Shown: positions 47,126 to 56,067 of the stretch, one piece after another
Numbering within the stretch: the first letter of the stretch is position 1
How the letters are laid out: each line of letters begins with the position of its first letter
Origin: Rhodospirillales bacterium
GTDB taxonomy: Bacteria; Pseudomonadota; Alphaproteobacteria; Rhodospirillales; SHVQ01
Direction of reading: 5' to 3'
Length of the DNA stretch: 64,000 nt
Assembly: GCA_009694195.1 (NCBI GenBank)
Contig: SHVQ01000012.1
Location: 591 to 64,590 of the forward strand
Translations under genes and position numbers: made by a program
Notes under the pieces: generated by a model
The model's database searches: none
The model's input: only the letters and a program-made list of their open reading frames with translations
What the model was told of the DNA's origin: nothing

Positions 47126-48301
47126 GTGCCTGATGGCCGCGAAGGCTTGTCGGTCAAGGTCCTCCGCTCAATCGCGGACGCCAAGCCCGAGGCGTGGGAC
47201 GCCTGCGCCGGTTCCGACAATCCGTTCATCAGCCACGCCTTCCTCTCCGCCCTCGAGGACAGCGGATCGGCGACCGCGAAGACCGGCTGGCTCCCGCAGC
47301 ACCTCGCGATCGAGGACACGCAGGGCGGCATTCTCGCGGCGGCGCCCCTTTACCTGAAGAGCCATTCCTACGGCGAGTACGTGTTCGACTGGGGGTGGGC
47401 CGAGGCCTACGAGCGGGCGGGCGGGCGGTACTATCCGAAGCTGCAATCCGCCGTGCCGTTCACGCCGGTGACCGGCTGCCGGCTGTTGGTGCGCCCGGAC
47501 ATCCCGGGCGAGCTCAAATCCGAGCTGGCGGACGCCCTCATCAATGCCATGGTGCAGCTGGGCCAGCGTCTCTCGGTCTCATCGCTGCATGTCACCTTCC
47601 CACCGGAGGACGAATGGGCGCGGTTCGGGCGCCACGGGTTCCTGCAGCGGGTCGGGCAACAGTTCCATTGGGAGAATCGCGGCTACGCGACGTTCGACGA
47701 CTTCCTCGCGACACTTTCCTCGCGAAAGCGGAAGGCCATCCGGAAAGAGCGCGAGTCGGTCGCGGCGGACGGCGTCGTTCTTCGGGCGCTCACCGGGCGC
47801 TCCATCTCGGAAGCCCATTGGGACGCCTTCCACGAAGGCTATTGCCGCACGTCCGACGGCAAGTGGGGTCCGACGTATCTCACGCGGGACTTCTTTTCCC
47901 TGCTCTCGGAACGGCTCGGCGACCGCGTGTTGCTCGTCGCGGCGGAATACGAGGGCCGGCCGATCGCGGGCGCGCTCAATCTCGTCGGCGGGCGCGCGCT
48001 CTACGGCCGCAATTGGGGATGCACGCGGGAGTTTCGGTTCCTCCATTTCGAAGCCTGCTACTACCAGGCGATCGAGTTCGCCATCGCCCGCGGGCTCGAC
48101 CGGGTCGAGGCGGGCGCGCAGGGGCCGCACAAGATTCAGCGGGGCTACCTTCCCTGCCCCACCTACAGCGCGCACTGGATCGGCGATCCCGGCCTGCGCG
48201 CGGCGGTCGCCCGGTTCCTCGCCCAGGAACAGGCGGCCGTGCAGGACGAAATGACCGAGCTCGCGGGTTATTCGCCCTACCGCAAAGGCGACGCGGACTG
48301 A
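47126..48301 (+). CDS. GNAT-fold N-acetyltransferase (DUF482/FemAB-like family)
   Basis: NPFISHAFLSALEDSGS...GWLPQHL...PLYLKSHSYGEYVFDW...YYPKLQSAVPFTPVTG...RKAIRKER...HFEACYYQAIE. Confidence 0.8.
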   Translation: MPDGREGLSVKVLRSIADAKPEAWDACAGSDNPFISHAFLSALEDSGSATAKTGWLPQHLAIEDTQGGILAAAPLYLKSHSYGEYVFDWGWAEAYERAGGRYYPKLQSAVPFTPVTGCRLLVRPDIPGELKSELADALINAMVQLGQRLSVSSLHVTFPPEDEWARFGRHGFLQRVGQQFHWENRGYATFDDFLATLSSRKRKAIRKERESVAADGVVLRALTGRSISEAHWDAFHEGYCRTSDGKWGPTYLTRDFFSLLSERLGDRVLLVAAEYEGRPIAGALNLVGGRALYGRNWGCTREFRFLHFEACYYQAIEFAIARGLDRVEAGAQGPHKIQRGYLPCPTYSAHWIGDPGLRAAVARFLAQEQAAVQDEMTELAGYSPYRKGDAD

Positions 48302-48347
48302 CCGATTTCTTACCGCTTCTTAACCATTCCCGCTCTACGCTTTCCGC

Positions 48348-48944
48348 ATGTCATTCGGCAGGACGGCCTTCCTGGTGAGCTTGGCGGCGCTTTGGCCCGC
48401 ACAGGCGGGCGCGCCCCTCATCGCCCCTTCAAGCTCCAATCCCCTCGCCGTTCACGCGAGCGAAAGCCGCTGCGTCCGCCTCTTCAAGTCGGGCGGCCAG
48501 GAAGTCCTGGTGAACGCCTGTCAGAGCTGCCGGATCGTGAAGGTCATCCGGTCGCGGCCGTCGGCCGAGGTGCCGACCACCCGCGACTTCACGGTCCTCG
48601 GCCAGGCGAAGCTTCCGTTGACGTTCAAGGGACCGGGCCAGTCGCGAGTCACGTCGGACGAGCCCTGCGAGAGCGCACCGGGGTCCTCCCCCAACCTTGT
48701 GGAACCGCTGAAGCCGATCGTCGATCCGCAGGTCGGTCAATGCATCCGGCCGCGCCGGGCGGAGAACGGAGCCGTCGCGTTGGTCAATCACTGCGCCGAT
48801 TGCCGCTCCGTCCTGATCGAGCGGAACGGCACGCGCGGCGGCACCAGCCATCACGCCTACGTCGTCGGCGGCCGCGCGCACCTGAACCTCGAGGCCGACG
48901 GCTCCACGGGCGCGCGCATCCTCAAGGAAACCGCGTGTAAGTGA
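48348..48944 (+). CDS. hypothetical secreted protein with an internally duplicated 4-Cys module
   Basis: Signal peptide MSFGRTAFLVSLAALWPAQAGA. Two halves share C-x(15-16)-C-x2-C-R...C (CVRLFKSGGQEVLVNACQSCRIVKVIR / CIRPRRAENGAVALVNHCADCRSVLIER). I do not recognise a family. Confidence 0.55.
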   Translation: MSFGRTAFLVSLAALWPAQAGAPLIAPSSSNPLAVHASESRCVRLFKSGGQEVLVNACQSCRIVKVIRSRPSAEVPTTRDFTVLGQAKLPLTFKGPGQSRVTSDEPCESAPGSSPNLVEPLKPIVDPQVGQCIRPRRAENGAVALVNHCADCRSVLIERNGTRGGTSHHAYVVGGRAHLNLEADGSTGARILKETACK

Positions 48945-48957
48945 CGCGCTCTCCGCG

Positions 48958-49095
48958 CGTCACCCCCGCGAACGCGGGGGTCCAGCTTGATTGAAGGCTG
49001 GATGCCCGCTCCTCATCCTGAGCCGCGCACCTCTCCTTCGAGACGCTTCGCTCCTCAAGGATGAGGTGCGCGAGTCGAAGGACGCGGGCATGACG
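48958..49095. repeat. REP family A element carrying a nested family B unit
   Basis: CGTCACCCCCGCGAACGCGGGGGTCCAG...GGATGCCCGC[TCCTCATCCTGAGCC...CTCAAGGATGAGGTGCGCGAGTCGAAGGAC]GCGGGCATGACG. Confidence 0.8.
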
Positions 49096-49099
49096 AAAG

Positions 49100-51415
49100 C
49101 TACTCGACCAACGCCGGGAGCTTGTCGCCCCGACGCTTGACCGGCAGCTGCCGGTCCTTCGGGTCGGGGTAGCTGAACACGATCTTGCCGTCGGCGACGG
49201 CGACGATCACGACCCCGCCCTTGGCGAGCCTGCCGAACAAGAGCTCTTCGGCCAGCGGCTTCTTGATGTGCTCCTGAATCACGCGGGCGAGCGGCCGAGC
49301 GCCGAACAGCTTGTCGTAGCCCTTCTTGGCGAGCCAGTCGCGCGCCTCGCTCGTGAGCTCGATGACGACTCCACGCTCTTCCAATTGCAGCTCGAGCTCG
49401 ATCACGAACTTGTCGACCACGCGCGCGATCACCTCCGGGGCCAGGCTGTTGAAGCCGATGATCGCGTCGAGCCGGTTGCGGAATTCGGGCGTGAACATGC
49501 GCTCGATGGCTTCCGTATCTTCGCCGATCCGCATCTCGCGCTCGAACCCGATCGCCGGTTTCGCCAGGTCGGCCGCGCCCGCGTTCGTGGTCATGATCAG
49601 GATCACGTTGCGGAAATCGACGGCCTTGCCGTTGTGGTCGGTAAGCTTCCCGTGGTCCATGATCTGCAGCAGGATGTTGAAGACATCGGGGTGCGCCTTC
49701 TCGATCTCGTCGAGCAAGAGAACGGTGTGCGGGTGCTGATCGATGGCGTCGGTCAAGAGGCCGCCCTGGTCGAAGCCCACATAACCGGGCGGCGCGCCGA
49801 TCAGGCGGGAGACCGAATGGCGCTCCATGTACTCCGACATATCGAAGCGGACGATATTGATGCCGAGGATGCGCGCGAGCTGGCGGGCGACCTCGGTCTT
49901 GCCGACGCCGGTCGGTCCGGAGAACAGATAGCTGCCGATCGGCTTGTCGCCCTGGCGAAGGCCGGCGCGCGCGAGCTTGATCGCGCTCGCGAGCGCCTCG
50001 ATCGCCTTGTCCTGGCCGAAAACCACGGCCTTCAGGTCCTGGTCGATCGTCTTCAGCGCCTTCTTGTCGTCGCTGGAAACGCTCTTCGGCGGGATACGCG
50101 CGATCTTGGCGACCACTTCTTCCACGTCTTTGACCGTGACCGTCTTCCGCCGCTTCGATTCCGGCAGCAGCATCCGGGACGCGCCCACTTCGTCGATCAC
50201 GTCGAGGGCCTTGTCGGGGAGCTTGCGGTCGTTGATGAAGCGGGCCGACAGATCGACGGCCGCGCGGATCGCCTCGGCCGTGTAGCGCACCCGGTGATGG
50301 CGCTCGAAATAGGGCTTGAGGCCGCGAAGGATTTTGACCGTGTCCTCGAGCGACGGCTCATTCACGTCGATCTTCTGGAAGCGGCGGACGAGCGCGCGAT
50401 CCTTTTCGAAGTAACTCCGGTATTCCTTGTAGGTGGTCGAGCCGATGCAGCGCATGTTGCCGCTCTGCAGCGAAGGCTTGAGGATGTTGGACGCATCCAT
50501 CGAGCCGCCGGACGTGGCGCCGGCGCCGATCACCGTGTGGATCTCGTCGATGAAGAGAATGGCGCCCGGCCAGTCCTCCAGCTCGGAGATCACGTTCTTC
50601 AGCCGCTCCTCGAAATCGCCACGATAGCGCGTGCCGGCCAGCAGCGATCCCAAGTCGAGGGCGAAGATCGTGGCGTCCTTGAGGACCTCCGGAACTTCGC
50701 CGAGCGTGATCTTGCGCGCGAGGCCCTCGGCGATGGCCGTCTTGCCGACGCCCGGGTCGCCCACGAACAGCGGATTGTTCTTGTTGCGGCGGCAGAGAAT
50801 CTGGATCGTGCGCTCGATTTCCGGCTCGCGGCCGATGAGCGGGTCGATGCGCCCGTCCTTGGCCTTTTTGTTGAGATTGATGCAATAGGTATCGAGCGCC
50901 TCGCTGCCTTTCCGAACGACCTTGTCGGGCCCGCTCTCGTCGTCGGCGCCGTGCACCGTGCGGGTGCGCGACTGGCCGGGGACCTTGGCGATGCCGTGCG
51001 AAATGTAATTCACGGCGTCGAGACGCGACATGTCCTGCATTTGCAGGAAGTAGACCGCGTGGGATTCGCGCTCGGAGAACAGAGCCACCAGAACGTTGGC
51101 CCCCGTCACTTCCTCGCGGCCCGCCGACTTCACGTGCAGCGCGGCGCGCTGCACGACCCGCTGGAAGGCGGCCGTCGGCTGCGGATCGGTTGCGCGGGTC
51201 GAGCCCAACGCGGGCGACAGCTCGTTCTCGACGAAGTCCGACACCGCCTCGCGCAGTTGCTCTACATCGACGCCACACGCACGGAACACGGCGATCGCGT
51301 CCTGGTCGTCCGCGAGCGACAGCAACAGATGCTCGAGCGTCGCGTATTCGTGCCGCCGTTGCGATGCGGCCGCGAGTGCCCGGTGGAGCGATTGTTCGAG
51401 GTTCCTCGACAACAT
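49100..51415 (-). CDS. clpA: ATP-dependent Clp protease ATP-binding subunit ClpA
   Basis: Clp_N repeats, two AAA+ modules (GDPGVGKTAI, GPTGVGKTE), no ClpB middle domain, 771 aa. Confidence 0.95.
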   Translation of the reverse strand: MLSRNLEQSLHRALAAASQRRHEYATLEHLLLSLADDQDAIAVFRACGVDVEQLREAVSDFVENELSPALGSTRATDPQPTAAFQRVVQRAALHVKSAGREEVTGANVLVALFSERESHAVYFLQMQDMSRLDAVNYISHGIAKVPGQSRTRTVHGADDESGPDKVVRKGSEALDTYCINLNKKAKDGRIDPLIGREPEIERTIQILCRRNKNNPLFVGDPGVGKTAIAEGLARKITLGEVPEVLKDATIFALDLGSLLAGTRYRGDFEERLKNVISELEDWPGAILFIDEIHTVIGAGATSGGSMDASNILKPSLQSGNMRCIGSTTYKEYRSYFEKDRALVRRFQKIDVNEPSLEDTVKILRGLKPYFERHHRVRYTAEAIRAAVDLSARFINDRKLPDKALDVIDEVGASRMLLPESKRRKTVTVKDVEEVVAKIARIPPKSVSSDDKKALKTIDQDLKAVVFGQDKAIEALASAIKLARAGLRQGDKPIGSYLFSGPTGVGKTEVARQLARILGINIVRFDMSEYMERHSVSRLIGAPPGYVGFDQGGLLTDAIDQHPHTVLLLDEIEKAHPDVFNILLQIMDHGKLTDHNGKAVDFRNVILIMTTNAGAADLAKPAIGFEREMRIGEDTEAIERMFTPEFRNRLDAIIGFNSLAPEVIARVVDKFVIELELQLEERGVVIELTSEARDWLAKKGYDKLFGARPLARVIQEHIKKPLAEELLFGRLAKGGVVIVAVADGKIVFSYPDPKDRQLPVKRRGDKLPALVE

Positions 51416-51418
51416 TTC

Positions 51419-51775
51419 CTAGTCGTCCCCGTCCTTCTCGATGGTGCATTGAAGCGGGTGTTGCTGCTGACGCGCAAGATCCATCGTTTGGTTCACCTTG
51501 GTCTCCGCGACCTCGTAGGTGTAGACGCCGCACACCCCGACCCCTTTTTGATGAACGTGCAGCATGATCCGCGTGGCCTCTTGATTGCTCTTGCCGAAGA
51601 ACCGCTTGAGCACGTGCACGACGAATTCCATCGGCGTGTAGTCGTCGTTCAACATCAGAACTTTGTACATCGCCGGCTTCTTCGTCTTCGCGCGGGTCTT
51701 GACCGCGATGCCGGTCTGCGGAGTGTCCTCGCCGATGTCGATCGGGCCCTTCGGTGGCCGCGGGGGGGTGCTCAT
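51419..51775 (-). CDS. clpS: Clp protease adaptor ClpS
   Basis: [21 protein letters not shown]...[12 protein letters not shown]. Stop lies 4 nt from the clpA start. Confidence 0.92.
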   Translation of the reverse strand: MSTPPRPPKGPIDIGEDTPQTGIAVKTRAKTKKPAMYKVLMLNDDYTPMEFVVHVLKRFFGKSNQEATRIMLHVHQKGVGVCGVYTYEVAETKVNQTMDLARQQQHPLQCTIEKDGDD

Positions 51776-51906
51776 CCGAGCAGACTCTCCATCGTAAGCG
51801 AAGCCGGGTCAATCCGACATAGCCCGACTCCTCTTAAAAGAATATAAAATCCCGAAGCGTCGTCAAACTGTCTCGTAACTTTTTTGGAGCGGAGCGAAAG
51901 CAAACG

Positions 51907-52887
51907 ATGGCCCACGAGGGAACCTTTCTGTACCTGAGTCAAGCCGATGTCGCGGCGGCCGGGGTGCCGATGGCCCGAATCGTCGACGCGGTCGAATTAA
52001 GCTTAAAGGAAAAGGCTCTCGGCCGCACGAAGATGCCGCCGAAGCACTGGATCGACTTGGACGAGCATCGTTTCTTCTCCGCCATGAGCAGCGCCGTCCA
52101 GGCATCGGGGGGGGCGGTCTGCAAATGGCAAAGCGGCTTTTCCGCCAACGGCGCCCGCGGCCTTCCATACATCACCGGCCTCCTCATCTTCAGCGACATC
52201 GAGACGGGACAGCCGCTTGCGCTCATGGATTCGACCTGGATCACCGCCCAGCGGACGGCCGCCGCCACCGCCGTCGCCGCCCGTCACCTCGCCGCGCCCG
52301 AGTCCCGCGTGCTCGCCATGCTGGGCTGCGGGCTGCAAGGGCGAACGCACGTGGTTGCGCTCCGTCATCTCTTCCCCACGTTCACGACCGTCCGCGCGTT
52401 CGATCTCGTTGCCGCCAATGCCGAGCGCTATGCGTCGGAGATGGAGCGCCGGCACGGCATCCAGGTGACCTGTTGTCCGGATGCCAAGACGGCGCTCGAG
52501 GGCGCCGACATCATCGTGAGCAGCGGCCCGATCGAGCCCAATGCCCCGCGCGCCTTGCGCCTCGACGGCGTCAAGCCGGGCGCCCTCATCGTCACGATCG
52601 ACTACGACAGTTACTGGCACCCCTCGGCGCTCGCCGCCGCGGACGGCTTCTACACCGACGACGTCGGGCAGATGCTGCATTTGAAGGAGTACGGCTACTT
52701 CCTGCACGTTCCCCCGGTCACCGCGGAAATCGGCGAGGTGGTCGCCGGGCTCAAGCCCGGCCGCCGGCGGCCCGGCGATATTCTCATGTCGATGAACATG
52801 GGCGTCTCGGTGGAGGACGTGGCGACCGCCCGCCTCGTTTACGACGCGGCCCGCGGCCAGGGGCGCGGCGTGCGGCTACCGCTCTGA
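51907..52887 (+). CDS. ornithine cyclodeaminase/mu-crystallin family protein
   Basis: TAQRTAAATAVAARHLA, LGCGLQGRTH Rossmann motif, 326 aa. Confidence 0.85.
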   Translation: MAHEGTFLYLSQADVAAAGVPMARIVDAVELSLKEKALGRTKMPPKHWIDLDEHRFFSAMSSAVQASGGAVCKWQSGFSANGARGLPYITGLLIFSDIETGQPLALMDSTWITAQRTAAATAVAARHLAAPESRVLAMLGCGLQGRTHVVALRHLFPTFTTVRAFDLVAANAERYASEMERRHGIQVTCCPDAKTALEGADIIVSSGPIEPNAPRALRLDGVKPGALIVTIDYDSYWHPSALAAADGFYTDDVGQMLHLKEYGYFLHVPPVTAEIGEVVAGLKPGRRRPGDILMSMNMGVSVEDVATARLVYDAARGQGRGVRLPL

Positions 52888-52920
52888 ACACGTTCGATCA
52901 ACGTCGCCCAAAAAATAGAA

Positions 52921-52950
52921 CGCCCGGCGGGGGGAGGATCCCGCCGGGCG
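52921..52950. terminator. bidirectional intrinsic terminator between the OCD-family and phasin genes
   Basis: CGCCCGGCGGG-gggaggat-CCCGCCGGGCG. The A6 run at 52910..52915 gives a U-tract for the minus-strand phasin transcript. A weaker CTCTTTC tail follows on the plus strand. Confidence 0.7.
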
Positions 52951-53015
52951 CTCTTTCACGGCCCCCGCAGACGCGGGGGCGTGGGCTGCCGATGTTCCAG
53001 GGAGGATCGGAACCG

Positions 53016-53567
53016 TTAGGCAGCGAGTGGCTTCGTGAGCTTCTCGACCGTGGCGTTCACCCGATTCGTAATCGGAGTCGCGACCTCTTCGGCCAGCTTC
53101 ACGGCCATGTCGGACATTTTCCGCGTCTCGTTTACGAGCTTCTCATAGTTGGCCCGCGCGAGGTCGCTCTGAATCGACACGGCATCGTTGACGTTCTTGG
53201 CCCCGAAAATCTTCTTGGTGGCCTCGACGCTCTCTTCGACGGACACCTGTGCCAGGCTGAGCCAAGCCTTATTCAGATCCTGAACGCCTTTCACCAGGAT
53301 CGTGCTCGACTTCACGAACGCCTCGACGTTGTCCTTGCCGTAGGCGACGACGTCCCCGTAGTTCCCGTAGTTCTTGAACATTTCGGCTCCCGCCTTCACG
53401 GCAGCCTCGACTTGCTCCTTACCCATTTCGATTGCCCTTTCATATCCTTTGGTTGCCGACTTGGTGGTTTCCTTGACGATGGTTTGATTTCCTTCGCGCC
53501 CGGCGGCGATTGCCGATTCGACGCGGGCGGTTGCCTTGCCGGAGACGGTGGTCTTCTTTGTGATCAT
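53016..53567 (-). CDS. phasin-family (PHA granule-associated) protein
   Basis: Low-complexity Ala/Lys/Glu-rich helical protein (KGYERAIEMGKEQVEAAVKAG...NVEAFVKSS...SIQSDLARANYEKLVNETRKMSDMAVKLAEE) typical of alphaproteobacterial phasins. GC is lower than in neighbouring genes. Confidence 0.75.
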   Translation of the reverse strand: MITKKTTVSGKATARVESAIAAGREGNQTIVKETTKSATKGYERAIEMGKEQVEAAVKAGAEMFKNYGNYGDVVAYGKDNVEAFVKSSTILVKGVQDLNKAWLSLAQVSVEESVEATKKIFGAKNVNDAVSIQSDLARANYEKLVNETRKMSDMAVKLAEEVATPITNRVNATVEKLTKPLAA

Positions 53568-53645
53568 GACTTGTTCCTTTGAACCCTTTTGAGAGACTGG
53601 GTCTCGCTGTCCCCTGGAAGACGGCTCTCGCCTCGATCATTCTTA

Positions 53646-53660
53646 TGCTGCAATGCAGCA
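53646..53660. promoter_or_regulatory. candidate PhaR operator upstream of the phasin gene
   Basis: Perfect palindrome TGCTGCAATGCAGCA, about 80 bp upstream of the phasin ATG. It contains CTGC-N3-GCAG. Confidence 0.4.
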
Positions 53661-54004
53661 TGGGCTCAATATAGGTAGCGCAGGCGACAACATCAAGGAA
53701 AAATGACGCAGTGCAACATATTTCGTTTGTTCTTCTTGCGAATTGTTTTTACTGACGTTTTTTTAATAGTGATCTCCAGATTGAAAAATATATCGCGGGG
53801 CACCCAGATTGGGGAGAATGGCCGTAACCCCGCCGTACCCACGCCCAAGTCTGGCTTCTTAACCTATTCTTCACCACATCGGTGCGATGAAGTCTTTGAA
53901 TCAGTTGACAATGCCCCCTTGATCGGGAGCACCTGTTTGCTGTTATGTCTTGGTAACGATTCGGAGCAGGACCGCGGTCCAAGGTCGGCTTTGATGGGGG
54001 CTCG

Positions 54005-55264
54005 ATGACTTCTGGGGGTCTATACGCGTTGGTGCGCCGCTGCGTGCCGTTCGCCGCTGCGGTTGTTTTCCTTTCGCTGTTCATCTTCGTTAATCCGCGA
54101 CCGGCCCTCGCCGACTACGCGGCGCTTGTGATGGATGCCGAAACCGGGCGCGTTCTCCACGCCAAGAACGCCGACGTGCCCAATCACCCGGCATCGCTCA
54201 CCAAGATGATGACTCTTTACATGGTCTTCGAGCGCCTCCAGCAGGGACGGATCACGCTCAACACCCGCTGGGAGGCCTCCGCCCATGCGGTGGCGCAAGC
54301 ACCCTCCAAGCTCGGCTTCCGCGAAGGCGACACGCTCAGCGTGCACGACGTGATCCTCGGCCTCGTCACGAAATCCGCGAACGACGCCGCCGCTCTCGCC
54401 GCCGAAGCGCTCGGCGGGACCGAGGAGAATTTCGCCAACGCCATGACCCAGAAGGCGCGTCGCCTCGGCATGGCGAACACCGTGTTCCGCAACGCCTCGG
54501 GACTGCCCCACCCCGGTCAGATCACGACGGCGCGCGACATGGCGACGCTGGCGCGGGCGCTTCACCGCCAGTTCCCGCAGTACTACACGTTCTTCTCGAC
54601 CGAGGAGTTCACGTACGCAGGCGCCACCCACCGCAACCACAACAACCTCTTGTTCACCTACGAAGGCGCGGACGGCATCAAGACCGGCTGGATCCGCGCG
54701 TCCGGCTACAACCTCGTCGCCTCGGCGACGCGCGACGGCCGCCGCGTGATCGGCGTGGTCCTCGGCGGGCATACGTCGAAAGCCCGCAACGTCCGCATGG
54801 CCGAGCTCTTGGACAAGGGCTTCGAAGCCGTCGCGACCCAGACGGTCGTGCAGGACACGCCAGCGCGCCCGGCGGGCCGCCAGGCCAAGCAAACGGCGAC
54901 GCAGACCAAGCAGACGGCGCAGGTCAAGCACGCCGCTCCCGCCGCGACGAGTCCCGCCGCCACGGCGTCGACCAACGAATCGCAGCCCTGGGGCATCCAA
55001 ATCGGAGCTTTCAAGCGGCAGAGCGACGCGAAGGCGGCCGCCGAACGGGCGCTCGCCATGCTCGCCCCCGTCATCGACGATGCCGAGGTCGTGGTGTTGC
55101 AGTCCCAGAAGAAAGGCGGCCGCGACATGCTTTACCGCGCGCGCATTCACGGAATCAGCAAAACGGAAGCGAGCAAGGCCTGCCGGCTTCTGCACAAGAA
55201 GAAAATGGGCTGCATGGAAGTGCAGGTCGCGAACGGCACCGAACTGGCCGCCGCGCGCGGCTGA
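54005..55264 (+). CDS. D-alanyl-D-alanine carboxypeptidase (PBP5/6-type serine hydrolase) with a C-terminal SPOR domain
   Basis: Signal peptide. SxxK (PASLTKMMT), SxN (KSAND), KTG (IKTGW). C-terminal WGIQIGAFKRQSDAKAAAERA...YRARIHGISKTEASKAC is SPOR-like. Confidence 0.88.
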   Translation: MTSGGLYALVRRCVPFAAAVVFLSLFIFVNPRPALADYAALVMDAETGRVLHAKNADVPNHPASLTKMMTLYMVFERLQQGRITLNTRWEASAHAVAQAPSKLGFREGDTLSVHDVILGLVTKSANDAAALAAEALGGTEENFANAMTQKARRLGMANTVFRNASGLPHPGQITTARDMATLARALHRQFPQYYTFFSTEEFTYAGATHRNHNNLLFTYEGADGIKTGWIRASGYNLVASATRDGRRVIGVVLGGHTSKARNVRMAELLDKGFEAVATQTVVQDTPARPAGRQAKQTATQTKQTAQVKHAAPAATSPAATASTNESQPWGIQIGAFKRQSDAKAAAERALAMLAPVIDDAEVVVLQSQKKGGRDMLYRARIHGISKTEASKACRLLHKKKMGCMEVQVANGTELAAARG

Positions 55265-55273
55265 CGCCTGTCT

Positions 55274-56011
55274 TCAGCGGATCTCCGACGCGAGCACGGC
55301 TCCCCGCGACGCCATGAAGTAAAGCCCGAGGTGATGGGTGACCGCCTGCGGGTGCGACGCCGTTTCCGGCAGGCCGAGCCCCCGCGCGGTCGCCTTCGGG
55401 AGATCGTAGGTGGCGCAGCCAGGCTCATAGACCACGACGTCCTTGAGCGTCGGCATGAGGCCGTGATTCCTCGCCGACAGCATGGTCAGGACGAAATCCA
55501 TCACGCAGATATCCGTGCAGATTCCGACCACCACGACGGCCGCGAGCCGGTTGTCGTTCACCCAGGCGACGATCTCGTTCTTTCCGCTTGCCGGCACGAT
55601 CGCGCCGACGAAGCCGTTGATGCAGTCCTTGCGGATGAGCGTCGCTTGCGGGCACGTCTCGATCCACGCGAGAGCGGGCACCAACTCGTCCTGGCCGGTG
55701 CCCCGCTCGCAGTGCGGGGGATAGGGCGGCTCGGGCTTTCCGGGCTCGTGGCTGTCGAGGAACGCGGCGATCGGCCGATCCCGACCGGCGAAGTCGCGCG
55801 CGAGGCGCACGGTCTCCGCGACCATGCGGTCGACCTGGGCATTGGGAGCGGGCGGAGCGAGGGGCCCGGCGCCGACGGTCGCGAAGCCGTTCACTTCATC
55901 GACGATGATGAGGCCCGCGGGCACGGCGCGCGCGTCGAACGGGGCGAGCGCGACCGGCAGGTGCTCCGCGACGGCCTTGAGAGCCGGATCTCGGGGCGAC
56001 GGGGCGTCCAT
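55274..56011 (-). CDS. isochorismatase-family cysteine hydrolase
   Basis: Start at ATG 56011 (MDAPSPRD). LIIVDEVNGF (Asp), and VVVGICTDICV (nucleophile Cys). Confidence 0.8.
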   Translation of the reverse strand: MDAPSPRDPALKAVAEHLPVALAPFDARAVPAGLIIVDEVNGFATVGAGPLAPPAPNAQVDRMVAETVRLARDFAGRDRPIAAFLDSHEPGKPEPPYPPHCERGTGQDELVPALAWIETCPQATLIRKDCINGFVGAIVPASGKNEIVAWVNDNRLAAVVVVGICTDICVMDFVLTMLSARNHGLMPTLKDVVVYEPGCATYDLPKATARGLGLPETASHPQAVTHHLGLYFMASRGAVLASEIR

Positions 56012-56067
56012 GCGGCAATCTCCTGGAATGGATATAGGCCCCCTGCTCCCGCCTGGAAAGCGTCGCG

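Noticed and set aside
49268-51847. 859-aa ORF on the plus strand
   Set aside because: Antisense to clpA and clpS. Artefact.
53703-54084. ORFs 53703..54008 (+) and 53749..54084 (-) in the phasin/DD-carboxypeptidase spacer
   Set aside because: AT-rich sequence with atypical composition, mutually overlapping, with no motifs or ribosome-binding sites. Treated as non-coding.
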